Source: an uncultured bacterium
GTDB lineage: Bacteria > Desulfobacterota_D > UBA1144 > Nemesobacterales > UBA2774
Reading direction: 5' to 3'
NCBI GenBank assembly: GCA_963705505.1
Contig: CAVPJU010000002.1
Span: forward strand, 32,001 to 96,000
Length of the DNA: 64,000 bases
A model generated the notes under the pieces. That model ran no database searches and had not been told where the DNA came from. It saw nothing but the letters and a program-made list of their open reading frames with translations. Position 1 is the stretch's first letter. Every line of letters starts with the position of its first letter. Below are positions 38,361 through 49,366 of this stretch, piece after piece. The translations under genes and the position numbers were made by a program.

Positions 38361-38448
38361 GCGCGTGGGTATGTGCTGCCGATACTTATTATGCTCGCCG
38401 GGTGTTTAAATGCAAATGAGGGAGGAGCATGAATGGATTTTACCAGAT

Positions 38449-38477
38449 GAGATTCTGAAACAAGTTCAGAATGACGG
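38449..38477. repeat. REP-like unit GAGATTCTGAAACAAGTTCAGAATGAC
   Basis: Palindrome ending ATGAC, as at 6936 and 30459. Confidence 0.7.
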
Positions 38478-38677
38478 ACTTTTTAAAGGATAGAAATGGT
38501 AAAAAAAGGGGGAAGAAAATTCAAAAAAGGGAAAAACCAGCTCTGACGGGGAGTTATGAACCAATCGAGGAGGACTGCAAAACAATTAAAGCACTCGATT
38601 AAAATACTTAAAATAAAGTCTTAACATTTATATGAAACCGGGTTATAATTAGAGCTAATTTTGAAGGAGGATGTACC

Positions 38678-39244
38678 ATGACGCGCCTTATCCTTTCGGT
38701 TACTGCTATTCTCCTGATATCAGCGGGATACGCGAACGGGGCCCCGACCCCGATGCCGGAGGGATACGGCGTTGTCGTGGATGTGCACTGGCCCTCTCAG
38801 CCCGGCCAGAAGAGGTTTAACACCGGGAACGGCGATATAGTGACCGGCAGGTACGGCTGGTACAGCCCGCCCGGAAACGCCGGACCGTTCGCCGACCAGA
38901 ACTACAACGTCCTTATCATCACCAAGCCTATAAGCAAGGTACGCACGTACATAGTATTCGAGGCGTCAAACGTTGACCCCGAGGTGCTGAAGAAGAAATT
39001 GGGCAGGCTCGAGGGCGAGATACGCGACGTCGGGACCAACGAGGGCGCGCTCAAGCCGGGGGACATGGTGCACATAACCACCCAGGACGTCAGCGGACTG
39101 ATCAAGGTCACGCTCGCATTCACGCGCGGTGACGAGAATAAGCCCGTGGCCGAGTTCTCGTTCATAAACCACCTCGTGCATCCGCTGGACGACCCGGATA
39201 ACCCCGCCTACCCATATTTACCCTACATTTCCGAGATCGAGTGA
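38678..39244 (+). CDS. Secreted hypothetical protein
   Basis: RBS AAGGAGG, signal peptide. Confidence 0.85.
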   Translation: MTRLILSVTAILLISAGYANGAPTPMPEGYGVVVDVHWPSQPGQKRFNTGNGDIVTGRYGWYSPPGNAGPFADQNYNVLIITKPISKVRTYIVFEASNVDPEVLKKKLGRLEGEIRDVGTNEGALKPGDMVHITTQDVSGLIKVTLAFTRGDENKPVAEFSFINHLVHPLDDPDNPAYPYLPYISEIE

Positions 39245-39368
39245 CGGGCTCACCGCAGTCCCGGTCACCGCTCTGCGCCCATCCGGAACTATTGTAATTC
39301 TTTGTCAAAAAATATAAAATGTGAGTACTAAAGCGTGCCGTTTCCTACGGCCATCGATGGAGGATAGT

Positions 39369-40131
39369 ATGAAAAAGCTTCTGAGTATCATTGCTCTGCT
39401 TGCAGTGTTTTATATCAGTCCCGCATTAACATCGGCGGTTGAAATCACAATATCCCCGAACGAGCCTAGCGTGGGAAACTGCTTCCCGTTCGGCGAGGGG
39501 GCTATTAACGAACCTAGCTGGCCGCCGTTCGCCGGATTTATTTACAAGAATATTCCACCCTTTTCACTCAAGGCCCGGGGACATACTCGCGTTTGACCTG
39601 GGAGAGGTCGCAAGCGCGGACGTCCAGCTCGATATAGAGCTTGCGGCGACTACGGTTAACGGGGGAGAAATCCCGGTATTGCCTTACACCAAAGTCGTCA
39701 GAAACACCCAGACTCCTCTCAACCCCAGGGGAGACGATATCATAGGGGATTTCGAGATGCAGTTTACGGTAGTGGAACCCTTCGACTTTCCGGGAGGGGG
39801 TCTGATAATCCGTTTCTCGAACCCGTCGGCGGATTATCAGCTTAACAACAGCTGCGACCAGGTGCTCGTAAGAGCGACTTCAGGCGATTCGAGCGGTTTT
39901 TTCGTAAGAAGGTTTTTCAGGGTCGGAGACGGCCTTCCTCCTTATGATGTCCTCGGAGACGATACGGAGCCATCGGATTTCATTGAGTCGATCGGCGGAT
40001 TCAGGGTCATAACCGGCGTGAGGAACGTACCGACCCTCTCCGAATGGGGGATGATCGCGGCTGCCGCGGGACTTGGCCTCACGGGTATCCTGTTCGCGTC
40101 GAGGCGCCGGAGAGAAGCCGGACGAGTATAA
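39369..40131 (+). CDS. IPTL-CTERM surface protein, 1-nt frameshift near 39572
   Basis: Signal peptide MKKLLSII...PPFSLK in one frame; PGDILAF...VPTLSEWG+TM+RRRR in another. Confidence 0.8.
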
Positions 40132-40161
40132 ATTTCGGGGCACAAAAAATAGAATTCAATT

Positions 40162-40197
40162 AGCCCGTACCCTCCGTCCGGAGGGTACGGGCTTTTT
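40162..40197 (+). terminator. Intrinsic terminator
   Basis: AGCCCGTACCCTCC / GGAGGGTACGGGCT perfect stem plus T run. Confidence 0.85.
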
Positions 40198-40430
40198 AAG
40201 AGGAGTGTTCCATCCCCGGTTGCCTCGTGCAGCTCCCCGGAATGAAGCTGATACATTCACTCAAAATAAAAATGCACCGCGGGACCCTGTTACAGATTCC
40301 TAGGACGTGGAATCCCGCGATGCGCTACACACACGATGTGTGTTCATATCCGGTTTCTTCCGGTTTCCTCAATATCGGACAAATCCTCAGAACTCACTTA
40401 GCTCCCGTTTGCCTGCGGATGCTATCCGTC

Positions 40431-40961
40431 TCAAAACGCCTTTTGCTGCTCCAGTATGTTGTCTGTAGGAAGGTCCTCGGCGGAGTAAACTATCTTCTCG
40501 ACGTCAGGGGGCACTCCGAGCTCCGAGTAGCTGACTAACTTACCGCCCCTGAGCTCCGCCCTTATGTTAAAGCCGGTCGTAAGCTCTTTCTGCTGGGCTT
40601 TCGTTATCATAATCTCCTGCTCGATGCCTGTGCCGCTCTCGACCATTCTCATAGTACCGTCGCCGACAAGCGTGACCGTCCCCTCCACAGTACCTGAAGA
40701 CCCCTGCATGAATCTGGGGACGTACTGGCGCCTCTCGTAATCGTTCGGGTCCTGCCGGGCGCCCGGCTCTTCCATCTGGGCCTCGTAGTCATTCTCCAAG
40801 GCATCCGTATCCCGCCCGTTATTGTATTGCGCCGCAGCGGGCTCGCTCCCGTATGCGCCCTGTGCGGAGTCTCCCCGGATCTCCCCGGCATTAGACATGA
40901 CGCCGAGACCGGCCGCGGCAAGCAACATCCCCGACACCGTATAAGTCAAGATCCTTTTCAT
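40431..40961 (-). CDS. Secreted hypothetical protein
   Basis: RBS GGAGG, signal peptide, small C-terminal beta domain. Confidence 0.8.
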   Translation of the reverse strand: MKRILTYTVSGMLLAAAGLGVMSNAGEIRGDSAQGAYGSEPAAAQYNNGRDTDALENDYEAQMEEPGARQDPNDYERRQYVPRFMQGSSGTVEGTVTLVGDGTMRMVESGTGIEQEIMITKAQQKELTTGFNIRAELRGGKLVSYSELGVPPDVEKIVYSAEDLPTDNILEQQKAF

Positions 40962-41015
40962 AATTCAACACCTCCCTGTGTGGCTTTGAAATGATCTCTT
41001 GCTGATTTATGTAAA

Positions 41016-41031
41016 TGCAACGCGTGTGCCA
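41016..41031 (-). promoter_or_regulatory. Sigma54 -24/-12 promoter
   Basis: Minus strand TGGCACacgcgTTGCA about 55 bp upstream of the ATG. Confidence 0.8.
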
Positions 41032-41281
41032 TAGCGGACGTGCAAATAATTGCGTGTGTGACTGGGTGGTTACGTGATATTCGTAATTAATCAGCCTCGC
41101 CGCCTGCGGGCTTTTGTATAGTTTCGGACGGTACGGGGTGTATGCGGAAATACAGGGGAATGAGGGAGAGCGACGGCGATCACCCGAGCCCTAAGATATG
41201 TATGTGCAAATATTTTATCCCCGAATAATTAAACAATGTCTCCCCTCTTCTTGACAACGAATATAGTCCGGTTATTATTTT

Positions 41282-41300
41282 GATAACGAACATCATTATC
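41282..41300. promoter_or_regulatory. Fur box next to a sigma70 promoter (TTGACA 41251, TATTAT 41273)
   Basis: GATAACGAACATCATTATC matches GATAATGATAATCATTATC at 16 of 19 positions. Confidence 0.85.
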
Positions 41301-41328
41301 ACATTCACTCTAGGGAGGAGGGAATAAA

Positions 41329-42453
41329 TTGAAGGGGATCATCATTTACCTGAAGCCTCGGATAAAGCTCCTGATCTTCATCCCGGTCCTGCTCTCATGG
41401 GTCTTTCAGTCCTGCGGCGAAGTGCACGGGGAGTCGAGGGTAAACACGAACGACGTGCTGAGAGACCTCGCGTTCTTCGTAATACTCGACACTTATCAAG
41501 AGCTCGAGCAAAGGGGGCAGGATCTCCAGAGCGCAATCGAGGCCCTGGCCGAAAATATAACCCCCGAGAACGTCACCGGCGCGCGTGAGGCGTGGAGGGC
41601 CGCGAGGCAGCCCTGGGAATCGAGCGAGGGGTTCTTATACGGCCCTGTCGACACGGAAGGCATAGACCCGTCTATCGACAGCTGGCCCGTTGACACCACG
41701 GGCATAGAGGCCATACTCGCGAGCGATAACGACCTCACTCCCGAATTCGTATCCTTCCTCGACGGCACGCTCAAGGGCTACCACACTATGGAATACCTCC
41801 TCTTCACGAACGGCGGGGATCCGGCGCCGGCTGAGGAAGTCGCCGGGTATCTGGGCGCAAACCCGAAGGCCGTCCAGTTCCTTCACTCGCTCATCGTGGA
41901 CTTCAACAGCCAGGTGACCAAGCTCGTCCTCCTGTGGACGCCGGGGGAGAGCGATTACGCGGACGAGCTCGCGAACGCGGGTCAGGGGAGCACGGTGTAT
42001 CCCACTCTCAAGGCGGGGCTCTCGGAGGTGGTAAACGGCATACTGGGCATCGCGGAAGAGGTGGGCAACGAAAAGCTCAATGTCCCCTTCTCCGGACAGG
42101 ACCCCGTCTTCGTCGAGTCGAGGTTCAGCTCCAATTCGATTACCGATTTCACGAACAACATAACCAGCATAGAGAAGATTTATTTCGGCCTTAACGGGGG
42201 GCTCGCTCTCGACGACATAGTCGGGGACATAGACCCTCCCGTGAACGACCACGTGCGGAACGCTATAAACGACGCTATAGACGCTATAAACGAGATACCC
42301 GAGCCGTTCAACGACTCGGTACTCGTCCCGGCGGACGCTCCTGTCATACAGAACGCCATAAACAAGGTCGGCGACCTGCTGCTCATATTACAGGAAGAGG
42401 TGTTTCCGATCATGTTCCCCGGCGGAGACAAGCCGCCCGTCGATCTGACATAA
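41329..42453 (+). CDS. Imelysin-family (IrpA-like) iron-regulated lipoprotein
   Basis: FQSC lipobox, AREAWRAAR.PWE, IDSWP, GYHTMEYLLF (GxHxxE), ESRFS.NS..DF.NNI. Confidence 0.92.
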   Translation: MKGIIIYLKPRIKLLIFIPVLLSWVFQSCGEVHGESRVNTNDVLRDLAFFVILDTYQELEQRGQDLQSAIEALAENITPENVTGAREAWRAARQPWESSEGFLYGPVDTEGIDPSIDSWPVDTTGIEAILASDNDLTPEFVSFLDGTLKGYHTMEYLLFTNGGDPAPAEEVAGYLGANPKAVQFLHSLIVDFNSQVTKLVLLWTPGESDYADELANAGQGSTVYPTLKAGLSEVVNGILGIAEEVGNEKLNVPFSGQDPVFVESRFSSNSITDFTNNITSIEKIYFGLNGGLALDDIVGDIDPPVNDHVRNAINDAIDAINEIPEPFNDSVLVPADAPVIQNAINKVGDLLLILQEEVFPIMFPGGDKPPVDLT

Positions 42454-42501
42454 CGACCCCGCCCGGCATCGAGATGGAATTCAAAGAAGGATGAGGTAAA
42501 A

Positions 42502-43887
42502 ATGAGAAGGGTAAAAATTTCAGGGCTGATCGTGCCCTTTATTTTCGCAATTTTCTTAATCAGCTGCGACGGTGGCGGCACCGATGAAGGAAACGGAGGA
42601 GGAGGCGCTGACGAGCTTCTCCTCGGCGGAGACACTACCGTGTCCGACGCATCGAGCCAGGCCTTCACGTTCCCCGCTACAGGGCTTTCGGAAGCTGGAG
42701 TAAAGAAGCATATGGACGGAGACGCGGCGTTCGAAGCAATTTTTGTTACGTCACCCTCCCCCGTCAATCCGGGTTTGGGACCCATCTTTAACAACAACTC
42801 TTGTCAAAGCTGTCACTCCAACAACGGCCGAGGAAAACCGGACGATACACTAACCTCCCTACTCTTCAGGTTAAGCGTACCGGGCGAATCCGAGGTCGGG
42901 GGTCCCAACCCGGCGGCGGGGTTCGGCCTTCAGCTCCAAACGAGGGCGACCGTCGGCACAGAGAGCGAGGCGGGGGTAATAATCGAATACACGGAAATAC
43001 CCGGAGAATATGGAGACGGCACGAAATATTCTTTGAGAAGCCCGACATACAAAATCGTTGACCCGTACATACCGCTGCCCGTGGGATACCTGCTGTCCCC
43101 GCGCATCGCGCCCCCGGTCTTCGGAATGGGGCTTCTGGAAGCCATACCGGAGGACGAGATACTGGCCAACGCCGACCCCGCCGACGAGGACGGGGACGGT
43201 ATATCCGGGAGACCGAATATGGTGTGGAATTTGGAGACCGGCCAGACCGAGCTCGGAAGGTTCGGATGGAAGGCCAACACCCCGACGGCATTCCAGCAGG
43301 CGGGGGAAGCGTACAATCAGGACATGGGCATAACGAACCCGCTTGTCCCCAATGAAAGCTGCCTCGGCCAGACGCAGTGCGACGGCATAGACGACGGCCC
43401 GGAGATCGATTCCGATACCCTCGACAATGCCGCTTTCTACGTGGAGACGCTGGCGGTCCCGGCGAGGAGGGAATTCGATACCGAGTCCAGACACGGCGAA
43501 AAGCTGTTCGATCAGGCGGGCTGCTCCTCGTGCCATACCCCGGTTCACACGACCGGAACGCACCCGTCGAGGAGCGAGGCTGTGCTCAATAACCAGACCA
43601 TATTCCCCTATACGGACCTCCTGCTCCACGACATGGGGGACGGGCTTGCCGACAGGAGACCGGATTTCCTCGCGAACGGGAGGGAATGGAGGACCTCGCC
43701 GCTCTGGGGGATAGGGCTCACGAAAACCACGAACGGCCACACGAACTTCCTCCACGACGGGAGGGCCAGGAGCCTCGAAGAGGCAATACTCTGGCACTCG
43801 GGCGAGGCCGAGAACGCAAAGGAGTTCTTCAGGAACCTGAGCCCTTCGGACAGGGAAGCGCTCATAGCGTTCCTGAACAACCTTTAG
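42502..43887 (+). CDS. Di-haem oxidoreductase (DUF1111/DHOR) lipoprotein
   Basis: CQSCH and CSSCH haem motifs, GRFGWKA, YTDLLLHDMG, WRT.PLWGIG, LHDGRAR. Confidence 0.95.
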   Translation: MRRVKISGLIVPFIFAIFLISCDGGGTDEGNGGGGADELLLGGDTTVSDASSQAFTFPATGLSEAGVKKHMDGDAAFEAIFVTSPSPVNPGLGPIFNNNSCQSCHSNNGRGKPDDTLTSLLFRLSVPGESEVGGPNPAAGFGLQLQTRATVGTESEAGVIIEYTEIPGEYGDGTKYSLRSPTYKIVDPYIPLPVGYLLSPRIAPPVFGMGLLEAIPEDEILANADPADEDGDGISGRPNMVWNLETGQTELGRFGWKANTPTAFQQAGEAYNQDMGITNPLVPNESCLGQTQCDGIDDGPEIDSDTLDNAAFYVETLAVPARREFDTESRHGEKLFDQAGCSSCHTPVHTTGTHPSRSEAVLNNQTIFPYTDLLLHDMGDGLADRRPDFLANGREWRTSPLWGIGLTKTTNGHTNFLHDGRARSLEEAILWHSGEAENAKEFFRNLSPSDREALIAFLNNL

Positions 43888-44079
43888 GCGGCGAAGGGCC
43901 CGGGATATAGGGGACCGTTCCGTGAATTTATCGGCATTATTAAATAAACGCAGTATCAGCGAAAGGCACGGGGGCGGAGGGATTATTAAAATTTCTTCTC
44001 TTTTTCACTCCGCTTATCCTCCGCTCCCTTGCTATAGAAAACCGATACGGGAGTGCCCGGCGGAGGGCGGAGCCTCTGC

Positions 44080-45250
44080 TCAGCTCGCTGAAGAAAGCCG
44101 GTTCCGCACTATAAATAAGAGCGGCAGCGATGCCAATTGCGCAGCCACCGAGAACACGACCATCCCGATGATCGGACCTCGTGTAGAGAAACCCCATCAG
44201 CGAGCTCCCTATGAACCACGCAAGCCCGAAGCCTGCGTTGAAGACACCATAAGCGGTCGCGCGGCGGTCTGCGGGCGTGATGTCGGATACGACCGCGCGG
44301 AAGATCGATTCCTGAGCGCCCATCCCTATACCCCATAACACCATCCCGGCGATCAGGAGCCCTACTCCCGAGAGGAACACGAGCGGGGCGCTCAAAGCCG
44401 TTACGCATACCGCGAAAAGGAGCACGATCACCCCCTTCCTGTCGTATAGACGGCCGAGTGCGAGCGCGCTCAGTGCGTCCACACCCATAGCGCCCGAATA
44501 TATGAGGGGTATCCATTCGTCGGCCAGCATCCCTCCGGTCTTCATGTGGAACGCCGCCAGAGGAAAGTCGGCGAACCCCAGAGCGACAAACGCTGCGGAG
44601 GCGAGATAGAGCCAGAAGACAGGGCGGAGCTTCTCCGCCTGTCCGGGGTCAAAAGCGGGCTCGAGGGAACGGGGATTAGGGTACGTAACCCTCGCAACGA
44701 CAAGGACGGATAATGCGAGTAACGCGGGAATCGCCAATACGGCAAAGCCGTAACGGTAACTGCCCTTCCAGGCCAGCACCGCGGCAACGATCATGGGGCC
44801 GATTATCGCCCCTATCTGGTCCATCGCTTCGTGGACGCCGAAGCCCCAGCCCCGTCCCATCTCGTGCGCGGCATGGGAAAGCATGGCGTCGCGTGCGGGG
44901 TTTCTGACCGCCTTCCCGAACCGCTCGGTCATAATGAGCGCCGCTGCGGCTGGCCAGTTGTGGGTCAGCGCGAGCGCAGGGACCGCCAGGAGATTGATGA
45001 CGTATCCGGCGATCGTAATCGGCCAGTAGCGGTGTGTCCGGTCGCTCAGGATTCCGGAGACGATCCTGAACCCGTATCCGATGAATTCGCCCAAACCCGC
45101 GACCACGCCCACCGTAAAGGCGCTTGCCCCGAGGACCGCCAGATAAGGCCCGGTGATACTCCGTGCGGCTTCGTAGGTCATGTCGCCGAAAAGGCTTACG
45201 GCGCCCAGGAGAAGGACGAACCTCAAGGCATGGTTTTTCTCTCCCTTCAT
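44080..45250 (-). CDS. MFS transporter, 1-nt frameshift near 44175
   Basis: SLFGDMTYE, ER.GKAVR.PARDA, DQIGA..GP; last helix ...VFSVAAQLASLPLLFIVRNRLSSAS* in a shifted frame. Confidence 0.85.
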
Positions 45251-45459
45251 CGGAGCGCACCTGCGGTGTACGGGGAAATTCGGCAAGGAAACGATATGTA
45301 TTTCCGGGGAGTTAGAAGACTATAACGAGGGGTAATGACCGGCAGCCGCGGTAACGCATCGAGCGTGCCCGCCGGATATAGGGTACGACGGGAAGAGTCG
45401 GCATAGTTAAAGATTATGTATGGTTTCCTCAGCACCGTGCGGGGAATCCCCTGAAAAAC

Positions 45460-45747
45460 TCAATCCTTTTTCTTTTTAGAGGGCTTTTCCTTTGCCGGCG
45501 CTTCCTTTTTCTCGACATTATCCACTACCATACCGCTCTCGAGCACGTACACGATGCGGTTTATAATGTGGTGGACATTTCGATACTTGTCCTCGAGCTG
45601 ACACTGGGCAAGCTCAAGCCAGTCTACAAGTATGCGCGTCATGGGGATATTCTGCTGCACGGACCTCGTCCTGAGCAGCTCTTCAAGATCGTCGATGCCC
45701 ATGCCGAAGAGCTCGAATTCCTTCTCCCTTTCGGTGAGTTCGGCCAT
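45460..45747 (-). CDS. Hypothetical protein
   Basis: RBS AAGGAG; 95 aa with a Lys-rich tail. Confidence 0.75.
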   Translation of the reverse strand: MAELTEREKEFELFGMGIDDLEELLRTRSVQQNIPMTRILVDWLELAQCQLEDKYRNVHHIINRIVYVLESGMVVDNVEKKEAPAKEKPSKKKKD

Positions 45748-45919
45748 ATTAAGTCTCCTTCGTCTGTATTTATGCTATAGCCCGAGAGTCCCGTATAAAC
45801 CGTGCGCCACACATTCCCGCGATTCAGGACCGGCTTTCGGGCAAAGCCCGATTTATATTACATAACGATAGGCATATTAACAATTGCCTGACCGGCCCCG
45901 TGAGAATATACTATAGGGT

Positions 45920-46334
45920 ATGAAAAGAGCCATTTATTTTAGCCGCGTTACTCTTTGTGACTCTCTCCCGGGGGATCGCTCTCGGGGAAGAGTATCTTCC
46001 GAATTCGATGTCGACGCACCCCGAGTGGTATATCAAGATACCGCACTGGTCGGTTTACGCGACGTGGAGCGCAGTCGCGATAATACACGGCGTGACCATA
46101 GAGAACACTTCCGACATCCCGTACAAGGACATAAGGGTGAGGGTCACGTACACGACGAACACAGCCGGGGGCGCGGGCAACGTGGTAAGCCAGGAAGAGG
46201 GCGTTCTCCCGGTTACGGTCCCGCCCAGGAGCAAGGACACATACTTGAAGGCAGGCTACCCGTTCGGCGCGGGCTCCCAGTTCATGAACCCGGTCTCGAT
46301 ACAGGTCCTGGGGGCGACCCCGGTCCTCGACTGA
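45920..46334 (+). CDS. Secreted small Ig-like protein, 1-nt frameshift in the signal peptide
   Basis: Removing one base near 45930 gives MKRAFILAALLFVTLSRGIALG, joined to ORF 45957-46334. Confidence 0.65.
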
Positions 46335-46658
46335 GAAATTCCGGCGATCCGGCAAAAAATTTTCATCTACGAAAAAATTTCCGCCCTCCTGAAAAAATAT
46401 TTATTAGCTCAGCACGGCCGGGTCAGGCGGTTCCGTATCCTGAAACCCCGCAATAACCGTGATGTATCCCCACCGCCCGCTTGAGCCGGGCATCCGTCTA
46501 AACTTCACAACAGGCTGCGGATAAAGGATTATTCAGACCCGACTGCGCCTCCATGTGCCGGAGCGTGTCGCGTTCTCGCCTGAATACCTTCCCGCCGCTG
46601 ACATACGTGTAAGCGATTTTTTACGATTAAAAAAAAAGATGCAAAAAAAATTAAACTT

Positions 46659-46756
46659 TGCTATAATCTTTATGAACCGGTTGTTACAACCTGAGCCCCG
46701 TCAACTGAAGACGCGGGTCCTCTTGGCAGGGACCTTAAATCTTCCGGGGCTCTTTT
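46659..46756 (+). ncRNA. Candidate small RNA (about 85 nt) with an extended -10 promoter
   Basis: TGcTATAAT 46659-46667; hairpin GGTTG/CAACC; long stem GAGCCCCG..GAAGA..GGTCC / GGACC..TCTTC.CGGGGCTC followed by TTTT. Confidence 0.4.
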
Positions 46757-46971
46757 GGAATATTACTTTAATTACTTATACGATGGGTTGGGGTTTTAGC
46801 TTTAAATTCTCAAGGGCAAGGATGTAGGAGTTAGAAGGATAGGTTTATCCCGGTAGTTCTCTATCTCAAATCGGGTATGCGGCTGATCATGCGCAGGCGC
46901 GAGCGGCAAGCGGAATTGTAATGCGCCATTGTATGCGTGCAGCGTCCGACCTTGTAATTATTCGCCGATAA

Positions 46972-47730
46972 TCATTCATCTGTGGGAGACGGAGTTTTGG
47001 CGGGGACTCCCCTAAGCTCGAGCTCGGCTTGATTAGAGGCGACGCCCGAAGAATTCGTGATACCCCTTATCGCGCCCGAGAGTGTTCCCGCCTGAAAGTA
47101 ATTATTCACGTCTATCAGCGCCGCACCGAGCGTATATGGATTATTGCCCTGCGTGCCGTATGTCATTCTCTGCCTTATGAGGACCAGCCTTTCGAGGCGG
47201 AGCGAATCCATTGTGGATACCAACGCGGGTACCGCTTCCTCGTAGAAATTGTCCTTGTCGACGGAAGACTCCGGGCCCGTGAGTCCGCCCGATATCGCGA
47301 GCAGTATATCCTTCGCCCTCTTGGCCGGGTTAATCGCGTCAGCGGCGTCGAGACCGAGCACCGCGATATCCGTCACCAGATTAGTATTCGGCTTCGCGCC
47401 TCCGCGCACGTCGTTCCTGAATTTGCTGTAGTAGTAATCTATTACGTAAATACGACCGTTTATGACCTCGTCCCTGAACGCCTTTTGCTGCTCGGGGTTG
47501 CCGGCGAGCGCGTTATAACTGTCTATAACCCCCGCGACGTAATACTTCTTTTCCATCTCCAGCACCTCGCCGTTTATGACTTCCGGGCGGGAGTCGCTGT
47601 CCACTCCGCTGCCCGCGAGGTGCGTGCCGGAAGTGGCCCCCGCGCACGCGGATAGAAAAAGCGCCGATAGGACGAGCGCCCGGACGTAACAGAGACGAAA
47701 TAACTTCGTCGAAAACTTTTGCCCTCTCAT
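46972..47730 (-). CDS. Hypothetical lipoprotein
   Basis: LSAC lipobox; helical body. Confidence 0.75.
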   Translation of the reverse strand: MRGQKFSTKLFRLCYVRALVLSALFLSACAGATSGTHLAGSGVDSDSRPEVINGEVLEMEKKYYVAGVIDSYNALAGNPEQQKAFRDEVINGRIYVIDYYYSKFRNDVRGGAKPNTNLVTDIAVLGLDAADAINPAKRAKDILLAISGGLTGPESSVDKDNFYEEAVPALVSTMDSLRLERLVLIRQRMTYGTQGNNPYTLGAALIDVNNYFQAGTLSGAIRGITNSSGVASNQAELELRGVPAKTPSPTDE

Positions 47731-48032
47731 AAATAATTCTCCTTTCACCTGCAATATTATACCGTTTTCCCGTACCCGCTTCAGCAGGAATTTTCAGCCG
47801 TGCAGTGGGGGCGGCGCTCACTCCCCGCCATACCGCCGCGGGAATGCGCGCGGAAATTGATATTATTGACACCGTAGCCAAACGGCTATAGATATTAATC
47901 AAATAAACAGCTTGCCGGATTCGGCGGACATCGGTGCTTAACCATTCCGGAGTTACCTCGTGAGAGATCATCTTTATGGTTGTGGTCCCGTTATATTGCG
48001 CTGCGTCCGGATACCCGGAGCAAGACGGGATT

Positions 48033-49187
48033 ATGATTCCCAATCAAAATAAGACCATACGCCTCATCCCGGGATGTTTTATCCTCGTAATCCTGGTTCT
48101 TACGTCGCTCCGGGCACAGCCTGTGTACTCCGCTGAGCCAGTTCCGCCCGTCGGGCAAATTCCGGCAGTCATTCACGTGGGGGTGATTCCCCTCGAGCCC
48201 TTCGTCATCATAAATAATGGCAAACTGAAGGGGATCTCAATAGAGCTTTGGGAGGAGATTGCCAAGACCCGGGGATGGAAGTATGAATATACCTTCCTGC
48301 CCGCAACGGGTTATCTGGATTTCGTGCCCGAGCTCGAGGGAAATAAGTTCGACGTCGTGATCGGACCGGTCGTGATCACATACCAGCGTTTGAGCGATGT
48401 TTCATTTACTATTCCATATTATATATCCACCTCGAACGTGATCACCAGGAACGAACCGACTACATTCCCCTTATTATTCATTCATTTAATCGAAAGTTCC
48501 TTCAAACGTCCGCTCATTATTTTATTTTTGACGATTTTCATCTGCAGTTTCCTGATCTGGCATAAAGAACGGCACAATTTCCCGGATGCTTTTCCTCAGT
48601 CGATACACAAAGGGATACGATATTCGATCTGGTACGGCTTTCATACCATGTTCTCTAACGATATATTCTTCGAGATCAAGGACACATACGCGCGCATCCT
48701 CACGATCATCATGCTGGTATGCAGCCTCGCCACAGGTTCGATCCTGGCGGCGACGCTCACGAGCGCCCTTACACTGTCCCACACGGGACGGAAAACCGAT
48801 ATCGACGAGCTCGAGGACTTGAAAGGCCAGACCGTCGCGATAATAGGCGGTTCGGACGTAGAGGACTATCTTCAGAACCTCGATTTCAGTGTCGTCGAAA
48901 AGAGCTCACTCGAAGAAGCGCTCGAAGCCCTGAATAATGAGGATGTCGTCGCCGTCATCGCCGATAGATTGACGGTAAAGAGTTATTTACGGCATAAAAA
49001 TATGAGCGATGTACACGTTTCCGACATGGTAATCAGGAGTAATATTCTCTCCTTCGCCCTGCAGAAAGGCTCCCCGCTGCGCGACCTTATGAATAAATCA
49101 ATCGTCGGTCTGGAAAATTCGAACTGGATATACAGGATGTGCCTCCACTATCTCGACAGGCGCGACGCGGCCTTCTGCACGCTTTAG
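48033..49187 (+). CDS. Prokaryotic iGluR-like protein (split SBP family 3 domain around TM-pore-TM)
   Basis: PFV..G.SIELWEEIA, ITYQR..V.FT.PY, TM, W..ER, pore helix, TM ATLTSALT, DL.G..V. Confidence 0.8.
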   Translation: MIPNQNKTIRLIPGCFILVILVLTSLRAQPVYSAEPVPPVGQIPAVIHVGVIPLEPFVIINNGKLKGISIELWEEIAKTRGWKYEYTFLPATGYLDFVPELEGNKFDVVIGPVVITYQRLSDVSFTIPYYISTSNVITRNEPTTFPLLFIHLIESSFKRPLIILFLTIFICSFLIWHKERHNFPDAFPQSIHKGIRYSIWYGFHTMFSNDIFFEIKDTYARILTIIMLVCSLATGSILAATLTSALTLSHTGRKTDIDELEDLKGQTVAIIGGSDVEDYLQNLDFSVVEKSSLEEALEALNNEDVVAVIADRLTVKSYLRHKNMSDVHVSDMVIRSNILSFALQKGSPLRDLMNKSIVGLENSNWIYRMCLHYLDRRDAAFCTL

Positions 49188-49366
49188 GACAATTACCTCT
49201 CCGTAGTATTTTTTTCGGCTCCCTCTTTCCTTTTATGAAGGTTTTGTATTATAATTGAATTGGGTTATTCCGGATAAAATATTTCGCGTTAATGTATTCC
49301 GCCGTCTCAGGCATAAATGGGTCTTGCCTGGCGGCTCGATAAAGTCCACAGCAGGTCGGAAGAAAG

